NCBI GenBank assembly: GCA_964035545.1
Contig: CAXIUT010000094.1
Location: 1 to 27,099 of the forward strand
DNA from: Bugula neritina
Taxonomy: Eukaryota > Animalia > Bryozoa
Direction of reading: 5' to 3'
DNA: 27,099 nt
Part shown: in pieces, positions 1 to 11,833 of the stretch
How the letters are laid out: every line of letters starts with the position of its first letter
How positions within the stretch are numbered: the first letter of the stretch is position 1
Position numbers and translations under genes: made by a program
Notes under the pieces: generated by a model
What the model saw: the letters and a program-made list of their open reading frames with translations, nothing else
What the model was told of the DNA's origin: nothing
The model's database searches: none

Positions 1-69
1 CCCAACCCCAACCCCAACCCCAACCCCAACCCCAACCCCAACCCCAACCCCAACCCCAACCCCAACCCC
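1..69 (+). repeat. Left telomere, (CCCCAA)n
   Basis: Perfect C4A2 hexamer array at the 5' end; Tetrahymena/oligohymenophorean-type repeat. Confidence 0.98.
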
Positions 70-734
70 GACTTAAAGAAATATTTTATTTATTCTATAA
101 TTTTAAAGATTATATTTCAGAAGATTCGATACTTATATTTTAAGAAGTTTTCTTTTTCGGTTATTTTCTTATTTGTATTTTATTTTCAGTTATATTGAAC
201 ACTGTTAAAATTTTATCATTTTGAATTTCAGATTTACATCCGATATATTTATACTGAGGATTAAAGATAGCTTTTCGATGACCTCGATTACTTACTCCAT
301 CATCAATTATTAAACTTAAAATTGTCATTTAAGCATGATTTCTATCTTCTATATTAAAATCAACTCCTATGACTTCTGCATTCCACCCTTTTCTTTTCTA
401 CAATACCTAAGAATCCTAGAACTGAATGAACTATTATCTGAACCCTTATGTCCAAAAATATCATTTTTAACAAGATCTTCAACATGTTGTCTAGCTGATA
501 ACTGTAATCCTTAATGGACTTGAAATGGTTATAAAGTAATTTGTTAAGTTAAAATTGTCTAGTTTCTAACCATAGACTTTTGCCTTAGTTCGTAGCATGA
601 ACTATTTCTTCATTAATTTATATTTATTTTTAGTTGATAAAGCTTTCAAGCTGTTTATCTATGAGGTTGACATAGTATGCTGGATACTGACGAGCAATAT
701 TGATAAATTTTATCATTTAGAGGTGATCGAACAT
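70..734 (-). CDS. CAP/SCP (cysteine-rich secretory/PR-1-like) domain protein, with two apparent 1-nt frame breaks and no stop before the telomere
   Basis: With TAR=Glu it reads FINIARQYPAYY...TNEGKSLW...EGLQLSARQHVEDLVKNDIFGHKGSDNSSFSSRILRY...AEVIG...LIIDDGVSNRGHRKAIFNPQYKYIG, the typical protist SCP motifs (GHxGSD, IDDGVxxRGHR). Frame shifts occur near 551-554 and near 388. The ATG at 734 is inferred. Confidence 0.8.
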
Positions 735-817
735 GTGTATTTATCCTATAGAAGAAATTATAACTTTAGTATTAAGTATAGTTAATTATGAGATAAAACT
801 GAATTGATAGAGTAATA

Positions 818-1350
818 ATGTCAAAATTGTTTTTTATAATATCATCTTAAATACAAAAGTAGTTTGAATAGGATAGGATGTAACAAAAATAACCTATTAA
901 TGGTATGGCATATGACTAATTAAAAAAGTAGAAAGAATTTGCACTTAAAATAAGTACATTTTAATTAATAAAAGAGCAAACAGACTAAATCAAGATTCTT
1001 CTAAAAAAACTATCTATTCTCAAGTAAGGAGTTCTGATTGAACGTTCCAGAAAAAGTTAACTTGAACATTAGCTTTAAAACGTGAAAAAGAAAATAAGCA
1101 AATACTAAGAAGAAAACAGTTTGAAATAAAAGAAATATTAATCACTAAACACTTAAATTAAACAACTCAAAGATGATCTTATTGTTGAAAGAAATAAAAA
1201 ACATGTATTTTGATTTTAAATCAGAAATTCTACGAGGCTTATATCAACAAAGAAACTTAATTTTCGAATTAAACGCCTGAAAATCAAAACTAAGGTCTTG
1301 GTTTAGGTCTATTTGGATTCAGAAAGTTATTTTCTGGTGATAGTTCGTGA
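818..1350 (+). CDS. Hypothetical coiled-coil protein (~165-170 aa)
   Basis: ATG 818; E/K-rich heptad-like segment (LKEGVLIERSRKSELEHELENVKKK). A 20-nt intron at 1205-1224 removes an in-frame TGA; a possible 21-nt intron lies at 954-974. TGA at 1348-1350. Confidence 0.65.
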
Positions 1351-1371
1351 TTATTCTTTTATAATATTATC

Positions 1372-1949
1372 ATGAAGAAGATATTTATACTTCTAGTTCT
1401 TATACTAATAGCAACAAAAGTAAAAACATAATAAACAATCGAAAACTAGGTTGATTAAACTAGTTAGTTTTATGAAAAAATAAGAACTTGTTGTGTATTA
1501 ATATACAAACAATACTAGGAGGATTACAAAGACACGTATGAAAAAACTTTTTCTTAAAAATTTAGTTAAAACCCATCTAAATATAGAAACAGATTAATAG
1601 TTAAGGCTGTTTAATAATGTGAAGCATAGTACAATACTTCTGAGGTAAAAGATAAATATTTTAGTTCGTAGAGAAATGTGAGACAAATAGAGAATAATAT
1701 TTGCAAAATATGGTCGCAAAAATATAAATTTTTGAAATATCTATTTAATATAAATTATCAGACGATCAGAAATAGATTTTGAAGATATTGGATATTTAAA
1801 ATGGAATTATTTTGTTTGGATATAATCTTAAAAAATTACCTAAATCAGCTAAAGTATATTATCTTATTTTCTATACTCTGATCATAGCTTTTGCCTTGTA
1901 TTCAGGTTTAAAAGAAGTAAAACCTGCTCCTGCAGCTAAATAAGATTGA
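1372..1949 (+). CDS. Hypothetical single-pass membrane protein (signal peptide plus C-terminal TM helix)
   Basis: Begins MKKIFILLVLILIATKVKT (signal-like); 20-nt intron 1645-1664; hydrophobic VYYLIFYTLIIAFALYSGL near the C-terminus; TGA 1947-1949. Confidence 0.75.
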
Positions 1950-2017
1950 TTTCATTTAATTATAGTCAAATTTTGTAATATTAGAATAAAAATATTAAAA
2001 CTATCAGATTCTACTTG

Positions 2018-2974
2018 ATGTCACTAGATAAAGTCATACTTCCGCAAGATGAACTTATCGTCAACCAGGCTCTAGTGCCGTAGAATTTCAAAAAATCTTT
2101 GGAATCTAAAACCTTATTGTTTTAACTTTATTATTTAGAGGTTTTTTATAGGAAAATACGGTTCGTAAGAGATACGATCAGAGGTCAGAATGGGATTAAA
2201 AAAAGAGATGGCATGAATATTCTTAAAAGCAGAAATAAAGACATTTGAATGAGATGTATTTAAAGCAGCAAATTAAAGAAAATACGAAAAATGAATACAT
2301 TCAAGTGTACGATAAAATGATAAATGATCGGAAAGAAAAGGAAATCTAGTAAAAATAAAAAAGATTATGGTTATAAAGAAAATTATTAAATGATGGAAGT
2401 TGGCTTCCAGATATGCACGAACAAAAATAGATTTAAAAACAAAAGAAGTAAACTTTTATTGATTTAGAGTACAATATAGCAGATAACTTGAAAAATGTCT
2501 TAAACAATAAGAAAACAAAAGGCTTGAGGAAGCAATGAGAAGAAAAGAACTATATTAAAAGGCTAAGAATTCAATAGAGGAAATAACTAGTTAAAAATAG
2601 CAACAATTGATAAAAATGGAAAAGGTATATTTATACTTATTTAGAGGAATCCTTATTTGAAGAAAAGAGGAGTGAAATAAACTTTATCATGGAGTCAAGG
2701 TAATGAAGAGCACTAAGAAAGTTATAAAAATACACTAACTCCACGATTTGATCATATGATCAAAATTGAAAATCAAAAATATTTTGATAAGAATCGTCAG
2801 GTTCAAGAATACAAATCCTAAAACTAAAAAAAATATTTTTAAAGACAAAATCCATAGAGATATAGTTCAACTTTGAATCATGAGAGTCCTTCTCCTTATA
2901 ACCCGATAACAAACCCTATTCCGTATAATTATCGTAATCCAAATGTGCTAAGATCAATCTCAAGATTGAATTGA
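2018..2974 (+). CDS. Hypothetical charged coiled-coil protein ending in a YNPITNP motif
   Basis: Open after removing three 20-nt GT-AG introns (2119-2138, 2448-2467, 2625-2644); ends ...SPYNPITNPIPYNYRNPNVLRSISRLN-TGA. Confidence 0.75.
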
Positions 2975-3000
2975 TTTTTATAATAATTTCTATTGATTTG

Positions 3001-3752
3001 ATGAATAATTCAGTCAGCACAGTAACAGGTAAAATTAAAGTGAAAGTGGTTTTCTTAGGTAATCAAAGTGTTGGAAAATCAAGCATTATTGATAAATATG
3101 TTAATGATCGCTTCGAATAAACTGCACATGTACCAATATTGTTAATTAGCCTACAGTTGGAATAGACTTTCTGGCTAAAAATATTCTTTACAAAGCTAAA
3201 AACTATCGATTTCAGCTCTGGGATACGGCAGGGCAGTAGAGATTTAAATCTTTGATACCAGGTTACTTGAGAGATGCTCATTGTGCATTAATTATATTTG
3301 ATGTAAGTAGCAAGTCATCTCTAAATAGTGTTGAGAACTGGCTTAATTTGTATAATGAAAATAAGACAGGTGAAGGATTTACTTTACTGATAGGTAATAA
3401 AGTTGATTTAAAGGATATGAGAGAAGTGACTTCGTAGGAGGGAAAGCAAAAAGCTTAAGAACTAGGTGTGATATATTATGAGGTGAGTGCTAAAACGGGA
3501 TAGAATTTATAAGAATTGTTTAGTAATATTGTATAAATTTGTAGTGAAAAGTCACTTGAAGGAGCAAACTTTTCAATTAAAAATAATAAGTCTTTTATAG
3601 CGAATGGAAATGAGATAATTAAGGAAGATGATAATTAAGGTAAAGTAGAAGAAGAAAATAAAAATAAATAAAATAAAGATAAAGAAAAGGATAGTAAATT
3701 AGTTCTTAAGAATTAGAAAAAATAAGGCAAGGATAATAAAAAGTGCTGTTGA
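3001..3752 (+). CDS. RAB6: Rab6-like small GTPase (243 aa)
   Basis: KVVFLGNQSVGKSS, PTVGIDFLAK, QLWDTAGQ[TAG=E]RFKSLIPGYLRD, GNKVDL, EVSAKTG and a C-terminal CC prenylation motif; 20-nt intron 3130-3149. Confidence 0.93.
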
Positions 3753-3875
3753 TATTAAATATTTTCATAATGAGTAATAATTAAACTAATATAAATTTTG
3801 TTAATTTCTGATAAATAATTCTTACTTACCCGCTCATATCCAAAATATATTTGATCATAATCAAATAAAAAATAA

Positions 3876-4808
3876 ATGTGCGGTCGCATTTTCCAAACTC
3901 TGCCTCTTGCCCGTTTGCTCCAGATAGCAAAAACTAAAAACTGTTCAAATGGCGAACTACATACTTCATCTTATAATGTTTGCCCTACAACATATATTCC
4001 CTGTATCAAAGCCAATCGTTTTTATATTGAAGAAAAAGGATAAGATCAAATTTAGAATGAAGATATGGAGAATGAGGATTGTAGAGAATTGGCCTATATG
4101 AAATGGGGAGCTCATACTAAATATAATATGGTTATCAATGGAAGAGTTTAAGAACTTTTAGATAAAAGAATGTTTGCTAGTATCATTTAAAATAGATGTG
4201 TTGTTATTATGGAAGGATATTTTTAGTGGAATTAAAAAAAAGAACCTTTTAGTCTTAAACCTAAAGATGGAGATCATTTTCTTGTAGCTGGTCTCTATAC
4301 TCCTGAAAATTAAATAGTTATCTTGACTAAAGACGCTACACCTTAACTAGCTAAAGTTCATAGCAGAATGCCAGTGATCCTATCTCATGAATAAGTCAAT
4401 TTATGGATGAATCCTAAAAATACTCGTGATATTAAAAAAGTTATTCATCATTCTTTGCTTAACAAGGATAAACAAGTCTGGAAAAATGTAGGAATAGCTA
4501 AAATAGCTCCTTATGTAAGCGATAAAAGTCAAAAATCTGTTAAATGTTTGATGACTTTTGAAGATTATAAAAAATAACTCGACAAAACTGGATTAATGAA
4601 GTACTGGAAGAAAGCTCCTGTAGTCGAGGCAATTCAAAGACCTAATGAAGCAGATCCAGATTAATAGAGTTCAAATAAAAATCTTAAAAAGCTAAATATT
4701 GATGAGATAGAAAGAGATAGGTAAGCCAAAAAAGAAAATTCTTAAAAAATAATTGGATAAGAAAATATTGAATTAGAATAAAAAAAATAGATGAAATAAT
4801 AATAATGA
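3876..4808 (+). CDS. HMCES: SRAP-domain abasic-site protection protein, HMCES/YedK family (310 aa)
   Basis: N-terminal MCGR (Cys2), SYNVCPT, MKWG, NGRV[TAA]E, RCVVIMEGYF[TAG]W and VHSRMPVIL; the Cys/Glu/His triad is present; no intron. Confidence 0.93.
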
Positions 4809-5397
4809 TCTGTTTGACATTCTTTTGTTATATTTAATTTTTTTTTTTCCTATTTTCGATGTAGTTGCAACAAAAGAAAATGAGTTATTAAACAATATAA
4901 GTGAAAAATACAATATTTATCTATGTTTCTAATAGTTAAACAAGATACCATTTTTCGATAAATAAAAATATGTAAATGATAATGATGATTATCTTGAATA
5001 TTATTTTGAAGATAGATATGACATAAACATGAAAAGTTAATATATTTTTATATCAATAAAGAAAAATAAATGAATATCCTTTCTTTTTAGATCTTATTCT
5101 TTTAATATTTTTTTTATCAATGCATCAAAATGTAATTCCTTGAAAAAAAAAAAAGTAAAGTAAAATATTTAAAAAATATTTAAAATAACAAATATTTTTA
5201 TGATTATTTTTATGATTATTTTCGATAGTTTTTTATCATACATCTTTTAAATGTTGAGAAATAAAAAAAGCTTTATTTGTCAAATAAATGTAAAAATAAG
5301 CATTTAAGATGGTAATAATTAATTTATTTTCTATTGATAAATACTTTGGTGTTTTAAATTTGATATTCTCTTATTATTATAAACAGTTTTTATTTGA

Positions 5398-6554
5398 ATG
5401 AAGTTGATATCAAGGATTTAATATCACTCATATAAAATTACTAAAAATATTTTGCTAAAAACAGTGTAGAAAATCTTCGATAGTTATGAATACAAAGTGT
5501 TTAGACTGACAAAGTCGTATATAGAATATTAAGGATTTTTTTTTTATATTAGTTTAAGTTATTGGAACAATAAAATAAAATTCCTTCTTAAACTTTAAAA
5601 AATTCTTTTGCAAAGTCATACTTTTTGGTTATTCTATGCACTCATCATAAAGATTGAACTATTCTGCTTATTATAAGTTACTATATGGCAAATGTTAATA
5701 TGAGAAAGAATTCTATGTTTAAAATCAATCAATAATATCACTTAAATATTGGTAAAATTAAAGGTAAAAAAGACTATAAATATCATTTTCAAATTGAAGA
5801 TTGATTCTCTTTATTGTAACAGAAATGATTAATAAGTTTAGTGTTCTTTACATGTTATATGATTATAATTATTATTTAAAACCTAAGCTCATGAATTTCA
5901 TCACTGTGGCCCAATATATCTATTATGATAACATTTTAGTCCCACAAATGAATAACTCAAGAACTTCCTCTATCATTTAATGTAAAATCATCTAATATTA
6001 TAGATATGGGAAAAGCTCTTCGAATCAGTCTCTAAAAATACCAAAATGAATTAATTCTTATTAAAAATGACAAAAAAGAAGAAAGTATACCTAAGTAGAG
6101 AGTTTCTGAACTTTAGAAAGAAAAAATACTCTAATAAAGCCCTAAGTAAGAATAAAAGAACAATAAATACAAAAAAAAAATTGAAAAGATAGCAACTTCG
6201 AAGTTCTTTTAGATAAAGTCGAAAAAGAAGTCCAAAAAGTCACCAAAATTCTTACCCAATAAGTCATTGAAGATTTCGAACTCATTAAAGCATCAACAAA
6301 AAAATATCAATAGAAATAGTTCTTCAAGGTTTTATAGAATCAAAAAAGATATAAATCGGTCTAGAAGGTCTGGTTTTCATTTAAAAAGACCGGCTGTAAG
6401 TCTTATATCAACTGCTATTTGTCCTTCTTTATAGATTAAAAAAGAAGTTTTAATAGAAAAGAAGGAGAACTTGTTCAGCCGAAGGGTATTTAACTGGAAT
6501 GAAAAGGTCATAAAAATCAAAGACAAGCGTGAAATAAAGATGCTAAAGTCTTGA
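5398..6554 (+). CDS. Hypothetical protein with basic low-complexity C-terminal half; exon structure uncertain
   Basis: TGA-free K/S-rich frame from about 6006 to 6554. Joining it to ATG 5398 needs an intron-like 19-mer (5534-5552, donor GA), an intron or other event over a TGA near 5796, and a 22-nt intron (5982-6003). Confidence 0.4.
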
Positions 6555-7245
6555 GTTTTAGGAGATTGATCTAATTTATGATTTTGATAAATGATTACGA
6601 TTATTATTGCGTCAAATAAAATATCATAAAAATAAATAGTAGAGGTAAATAAACATGAGAGAATCAAGAAATAACCTTTTATTGAATAAACATCTTCTTT
6701 GTTATTAATTATTATTGATTAAACTCTTTTTAGGATAATGATGCTTTCTTTTTTCAACTTTGAAAATAATCAAAGCAAAAACAAACTTTTGTTGATGGTT
6801 TTACATTATTTGTCTTTTTAAGAGATATCTAACAAGGATAGCAGTGTTCTATCAGCTTAATAGTTTTATTTCTGAAAAAGTAGAACTAAAAAATATCTAC
6901 CACTTTTAAATTTATAAACTCTCCAACAACATACTTATTCTGAAAACAGAAAAATATAGGAATAGTAAAACTATTCTCTAACGACTTAATATTGATGTAA
7001 TTATATATATTTTGATTTAAAGACCTTGCTAAAATCCGAACTATCGATATTATAGACTGAAAAAATCAAAAATAATTCAAATTTAATATCAATAGATAGG
7101 CATCTTGAGGAACCTTCATTCAATCGGTAGAGCATATACGAATCACAGCCAAAAGGCCTCTAAATACTTTCCTTGTTTATGTTTTGAATATTTAAATCAT
7201 CAACTTATAATTTATCAACATTATAACATAACTCTTATATAATTA

Positions 7246-8813
7246 TCACTAATTAAAATATTACCTTTTGATTTTATCAATCAAAGATCTCGATATCTCT
7301 TTCATAAGATTCAAATGTAGTTCATAGCTGTCGCTCAGGCTATCAATATCATATATTTTATAAACATTTTAGTTTTATTCCAGCTTCTTAGTGGTTGGCA
7401 GCTGTGATTGCTGCATATAACTCTTCTTAAAATATACTACCTTATGCTCTTAGAACATATTCAAATTTTTACTACTGCTCAGCTTATGTTTAGATATCAA
7501 AATGTAAATACTGTTCTCATAACCTTTACAGTTTTCAGCACATACACGAGTTATCGAATATATTGGATTATATCCTTTAGATGATGACTTTGATTCACTT
7601 TTCTATTTCTTTTCTTCTTTTTTATCATCTTCAGAAGAAGTTCTTTTGGTTGCATGTTTTAAATAAATTGTATAGAATTCTTCATATAAGTGATCGTTTT
7701 TTATTTTACCATCAATAATGGTCTTGTAGTATGAATATTGTTTACCTGATGATGTTGAATCGATGTTCTAAAAGATAAAAAAAATATCACTTTTTATATA
7801 ATTTCTTAAAGTTTCATTAGATATCACTAATTCATTCTCTTCTTCAGTTGATACTGTAGCATTTTTTGTTAGTATCACATTTACATACTTCTTTGAGTCA
7901 TCTCTTTCATCTTTAACTATAGAGTAGGTTTATAATTTTTTATTATAGATTATGTTTAGTTTAGCATGAGCGACTCCTCTGACTATTTTTTATTTTATTT
8001 TGTCAGATTCCTCAAAAAGAACTAAACTTTCACCTATTTATGGTCTTTTGTAACAGTAAATAGGTAATAATTTGTAAAGAGCTGATAAAGAATTAGTTTA
8101 ATGTAGATAATTACCCAAAATAACAGGTAAAATAAAATTATTTATATACTTTTGATCTAAGCCAAGTCCTTAACTAAAATAAGTCAATCCTTATTCTTAA
8201 ATTTACCCAGGAAATGTATTTTTAACCAATCTACCGATAGATAAATGTTCCAAATTATACTTATAGATAGACGATGACTGTTTTGTGTTTTATGCAAACT
8301 TTTTAAAGAAGTCTTGAGCTGCATAGTTAGATAGCCCATAATTATATACAGAATTTAAAAAAGAAGTTTCTATTGAATATATATTGAACTCATTTTTATC
8401 ACTATTGATGGACATTTATCCAAAATATATCCCATATTCTTTGATATAATACTGCAAATTAGTATCATCTAGAAATTTCATCCATTCTTTCTAAACTCCA
8501 CAAAAACTAATCATCTTTTTTTACAACTAATCTCTCTAATCTTCAACAACTACTCCTTGAGGAGGTAATATCAAAGTGATGTTAAAATTAAGAACCTTTT
8601 CACGGTACATTGATTACTATTTTAACTGTTTATCTAGATACGATGTCAATAGGTATGCGTCAATTGAGTCTCCATAGATAACTATATTGTACGTGTAAAT
8701 ATCAGGTTTGTTTATTTTGCTATATTATGAGATAGATACAAGTAGAGGAGAAGAGGAAGGCCGATTGCTATTATACAGAATGTTATGAGGTAGTATTCGT
8801 CTATTATTTTCAT
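7246..8813 (-). CDS. Divergent prenylcysteine oxidase/lyase-like protein with N-terminal membrane anchor
   Basis: TM segment YYLITFCIIAIGLPLLLYLYL, then NIVIYGDSIDAYLLTSYL (degenerate Rossmann start), YGIYFGE, YNYGLS, GLDQKYINNFILPVILGNY and C-terminal IYDIDSLSDSYELHLNLMKEISRSL, collinear with PCYOX1 motifs as recalled. One 1-nt frame break near 8716. Confidence 0.55.
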
Positions 8814-8944
8814 TTTTGATATCTAATTATTGTGAAATGGATATGAAGATGATTTTAGTTAGAATATATAGAATAGTAACTAAAGTTATGATTATTTGTT
8901 TGATTGATAAAGAATTTGTTAAATAATTTTCTTATTAATAAAAT

Positions 8945-9356
8945 ATGTAGTTTGAGTCGACTCAGATCAGTTCGCAAGTTCCTCTACCTCCTCCTGAACC
9001 TAAAATTTAGTATTATTCTATCTTATTTAGACCTATATCTGCTTTCCTACCTTTCGATAATTTTTAATTAGAGAGTTCTTCTCCTTTTTCTTCTACTTAA
9101 ATGCAACAATAACTGCATTCGTTTTCTCTCCAATCTTTTAGTGAGGCAGACACAATGTCAGACATCAAAGAAGAAGACTACAGCATTGAGGCTGAGTCTT
9201 TTGGTTGTAAAAGATCATGGTTTCAACTTGATGAGATTAATTCTCATGAGGTTAAACCAAAATTGCTTTCCAGGTTAGAAAGACCTCAAAGAGTGTAGTT
9301 AATATATTAAATAGACCAACGAAAAGACGTCATTTTTGAAATGGATCTTTTCTTGA
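8945..9356 (+). CDS. Small hypothetical S/P/E-rich protein
   Basis: ATG 8945, open frame to ...RPQRVELIYEIDQRKDVIFEMDL; possible 21-nt intron 9010-9030. The nearest TGA (9354-9356) is one base out of frame, so the end is approximate. Confidence 0.5.
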
Positions 9357-9426
9357 TTGTATTTAACTTCATTATATTATTCAAAAACATTCCTAGATTA
9401 ATATATTAATATCAACTTACTACTCA

Positions 9427-11670
9427 TCATTTCGGAGGTGCAGTCAACTTTTTAACTAAATTCTAAACATCCTTCTTCTTCAAGTCCCTTATCCTTCCCC
9501 CTGGAGATTTAGCTTGTACGTATTTCTTCAACATCAATACCACCATTTACAAATTGAGATTCGGATAGGATATTGATCTCTTCTGAGGATCAAGTAGATC
9601 TTGGATGTTATTCGTTAGCATAAGTGCATAAAACTACCTAAGAGATTTGAATTTATCAAGGATAGCTATATTTCCTACAAAACTTTTTGCACAATAGCGA
9701 TAGATGAAAGAAAGATCTGTATCTAGATTATGAATGATGATAAGATTGATTTCCTTTCTGCTTTTTAGATACTACCAATAAATTTAACACATTTATCTCA
9801 TAGTTTCAATAGTAATTTCCTAATAATTAGGACAATTGATTTATTTCATAAAAACTGTTATATTTCTAACAAACTAAAGCGACCATTCTACAAACTAGTT
9901 ATGACTCTAATTAACTACACTGCTCGACATCGAACTGTAATCCTACATCAAATTTACCAACTTATTTCGAATAACCTATAAAATATTATGAGTCAAGTTG
10001 ACAACCAATTGCTCGTATCGATCATTAGATGTGTTATTGATTACTATTCCATGATATGTTTATAGTTGTCTTAGAATGTATTTGTATATTTTGTTTATGA
10101 AGATTATATTGATCTAGCCTTGAATTATTTCGTAGTGTTGGTCTTTTTTTAGGATTTATTCGCCATATCTTTTGAGGATTCTATCGTAAAGATTATTTAT
10201 TGCCTAAAGGATGGTGTTTTGATTGATATCGCTGGATTATAGTAGTTTTGTTACCTAGTTATACGTTTTCATGAAATATTATAAGATGAAGATAACATAG
10301 CTGGTAAAAGTAAAAGGTTAACTTCCTAAATCAAGCATTTATCTAATAAGTATATTTTTTTAGTGATCTTCAGTTTGATAGTGAGTCATGTTATCATTAG
10401 CTATTTATTTTATAGATATAGACTAGTATGTTTAAATATTTCTATCATTGTGACTTTTAAGCAGACTGGTTATAATAGAGTTGTAGTTTTAATTGCTTTA
10501 ATTGAGTTTTAGAATGTTGAGTAATTTATGAAAAATAAGGAAATGTTCTTTCAAGATGATGATAGAGTTGATATCTTTGAGAATAAAGATCAATGATTTG
10601 ATTTATCTACCTATAAAGATGTACATTTGTGATAGAAATACTTTTTAATCTATTTTAGTATCAAAGAAAGCAGATACTTATCTCTTGACTAACATGAGTC
10701 CAATAAGTAGCGATAGTAAATTAACAAATTATTCTTATTTTTAACATCTATTTTATTCTTAAAATTTAATTAGATAATTTTTAATACTATTTCTTAACAT
10801 CTAGTTGAATATATTTTGATTATTCAATTAAACTATCATGACTTTAACTTTTTTAAGGCTAGACATCTAAACATTGATTCTATATGTTATTTTATTGAAA
10901 TAATCAATAGTTTACTATGAAGTTTTCATGATTCTACTAGAATTTTACTTTTATACAATAGTTGATCTAAAAGATGAGACATTGTTATTCATAATACTAC
11001 TTCTAGACATATTTTATCCAAAAAATATTTGATAAATATTCATCTTTTCTTGAAGATTAGAACTTATTTTGTTAAAACTTGATAAACCTATCTATAACAT
11101 CTTTCCATTATTTTACTACCAAAATAGTTATAAAAGTTTCTTCAGATGTTCTTGGATTTGTTTTTATAATAAAGGAAGTACATTGTTTAGAGGAGTATTC
11201 AACTATGGCTTATTTTTCTTATACTCGTTTATTATTTTAATAGCATTATTGTATTTCTACTATTTTATATTCATTGCTGCCTTTTTAGCCAATTTTACAT
11301 AATTCTATATTATATCATTTAATACCCTATACTCAGCTAGTTTTATTTTTATTTTTTTCATCATTTATAAATTCTTTTAACTCTTCTATATCTGTTGTTA
11401 GTCATATGCATTTAACTTTTGGGCTTTCTAGACATGTTTGCTAAATTACTAGCATTCAGCTTCTAATCTACGATGATAAAATAAGGTTTCGTGATGTTTC
11501 AAATAATGACTGATTACTGAATTGATATTATCTCCAAATAATTCACGTATTTCATGTTATTTTGTATCGATTTAGTTGTCTAAATCTTTCACACAGTCTT
11601 CAGTAGATCTGTTCCCTTCTTGGATAAAATCTTTTACTGTGTTAATTAGTTAGTTCAACTTGTCGCTCAT
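9427..11670 (-). CDS. SEC15: Exocyst complex component Sec15/EXOC6-like (~747 aa)
   Basis: Long helical ORF with start and stop in the same frame. The C-terminus INLIIIHNLDTDLSFIYRYC...FKSLREFYALML...LLDPQKRSISYPNLNLEMVVLMLKKY...KKKDVENLVKKL matches the Sec15 C-terminal pattern as recalled from plant SEC15; the length is appropriate. Confidence 0.7.
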
Positions 11671-11833
11671 TTAATTATTAAAATCATAGATTTAACACTA
11701 TAAGATCTATCATTCTGATATATTGATCATAAAATTAAATCATCAAATACTAAATAAATAAAAACCGCTTAAAATTTAACAACTTCTTAAATTACATCAA
11801 AATTCAGTTTATAGTAATAATTATAAAAAGAAA

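Noticed and set aside
818-1350. Resemblance of LSILKEGVLIER to the KLRAQ/PPP1R21 N-terminal coiled coil
   Set aside because: Too short and generic for a coiled coil to support a family call.
4809-5397. Short direct repeats (TTTTATGATTA x2, AAAATATTT) in a long AT-rich spacer
   Set aside because: Low-complexity AT-rich sequence; no RNA gene, terminal inverted repeats or array structure is supportable.
6552-7270. TGA read as Trp in the plus frame continuing past 6554
   Set aside because: TGA density there is not below random expectation, and all conserved Trp residues in recognisable genes use TGG.
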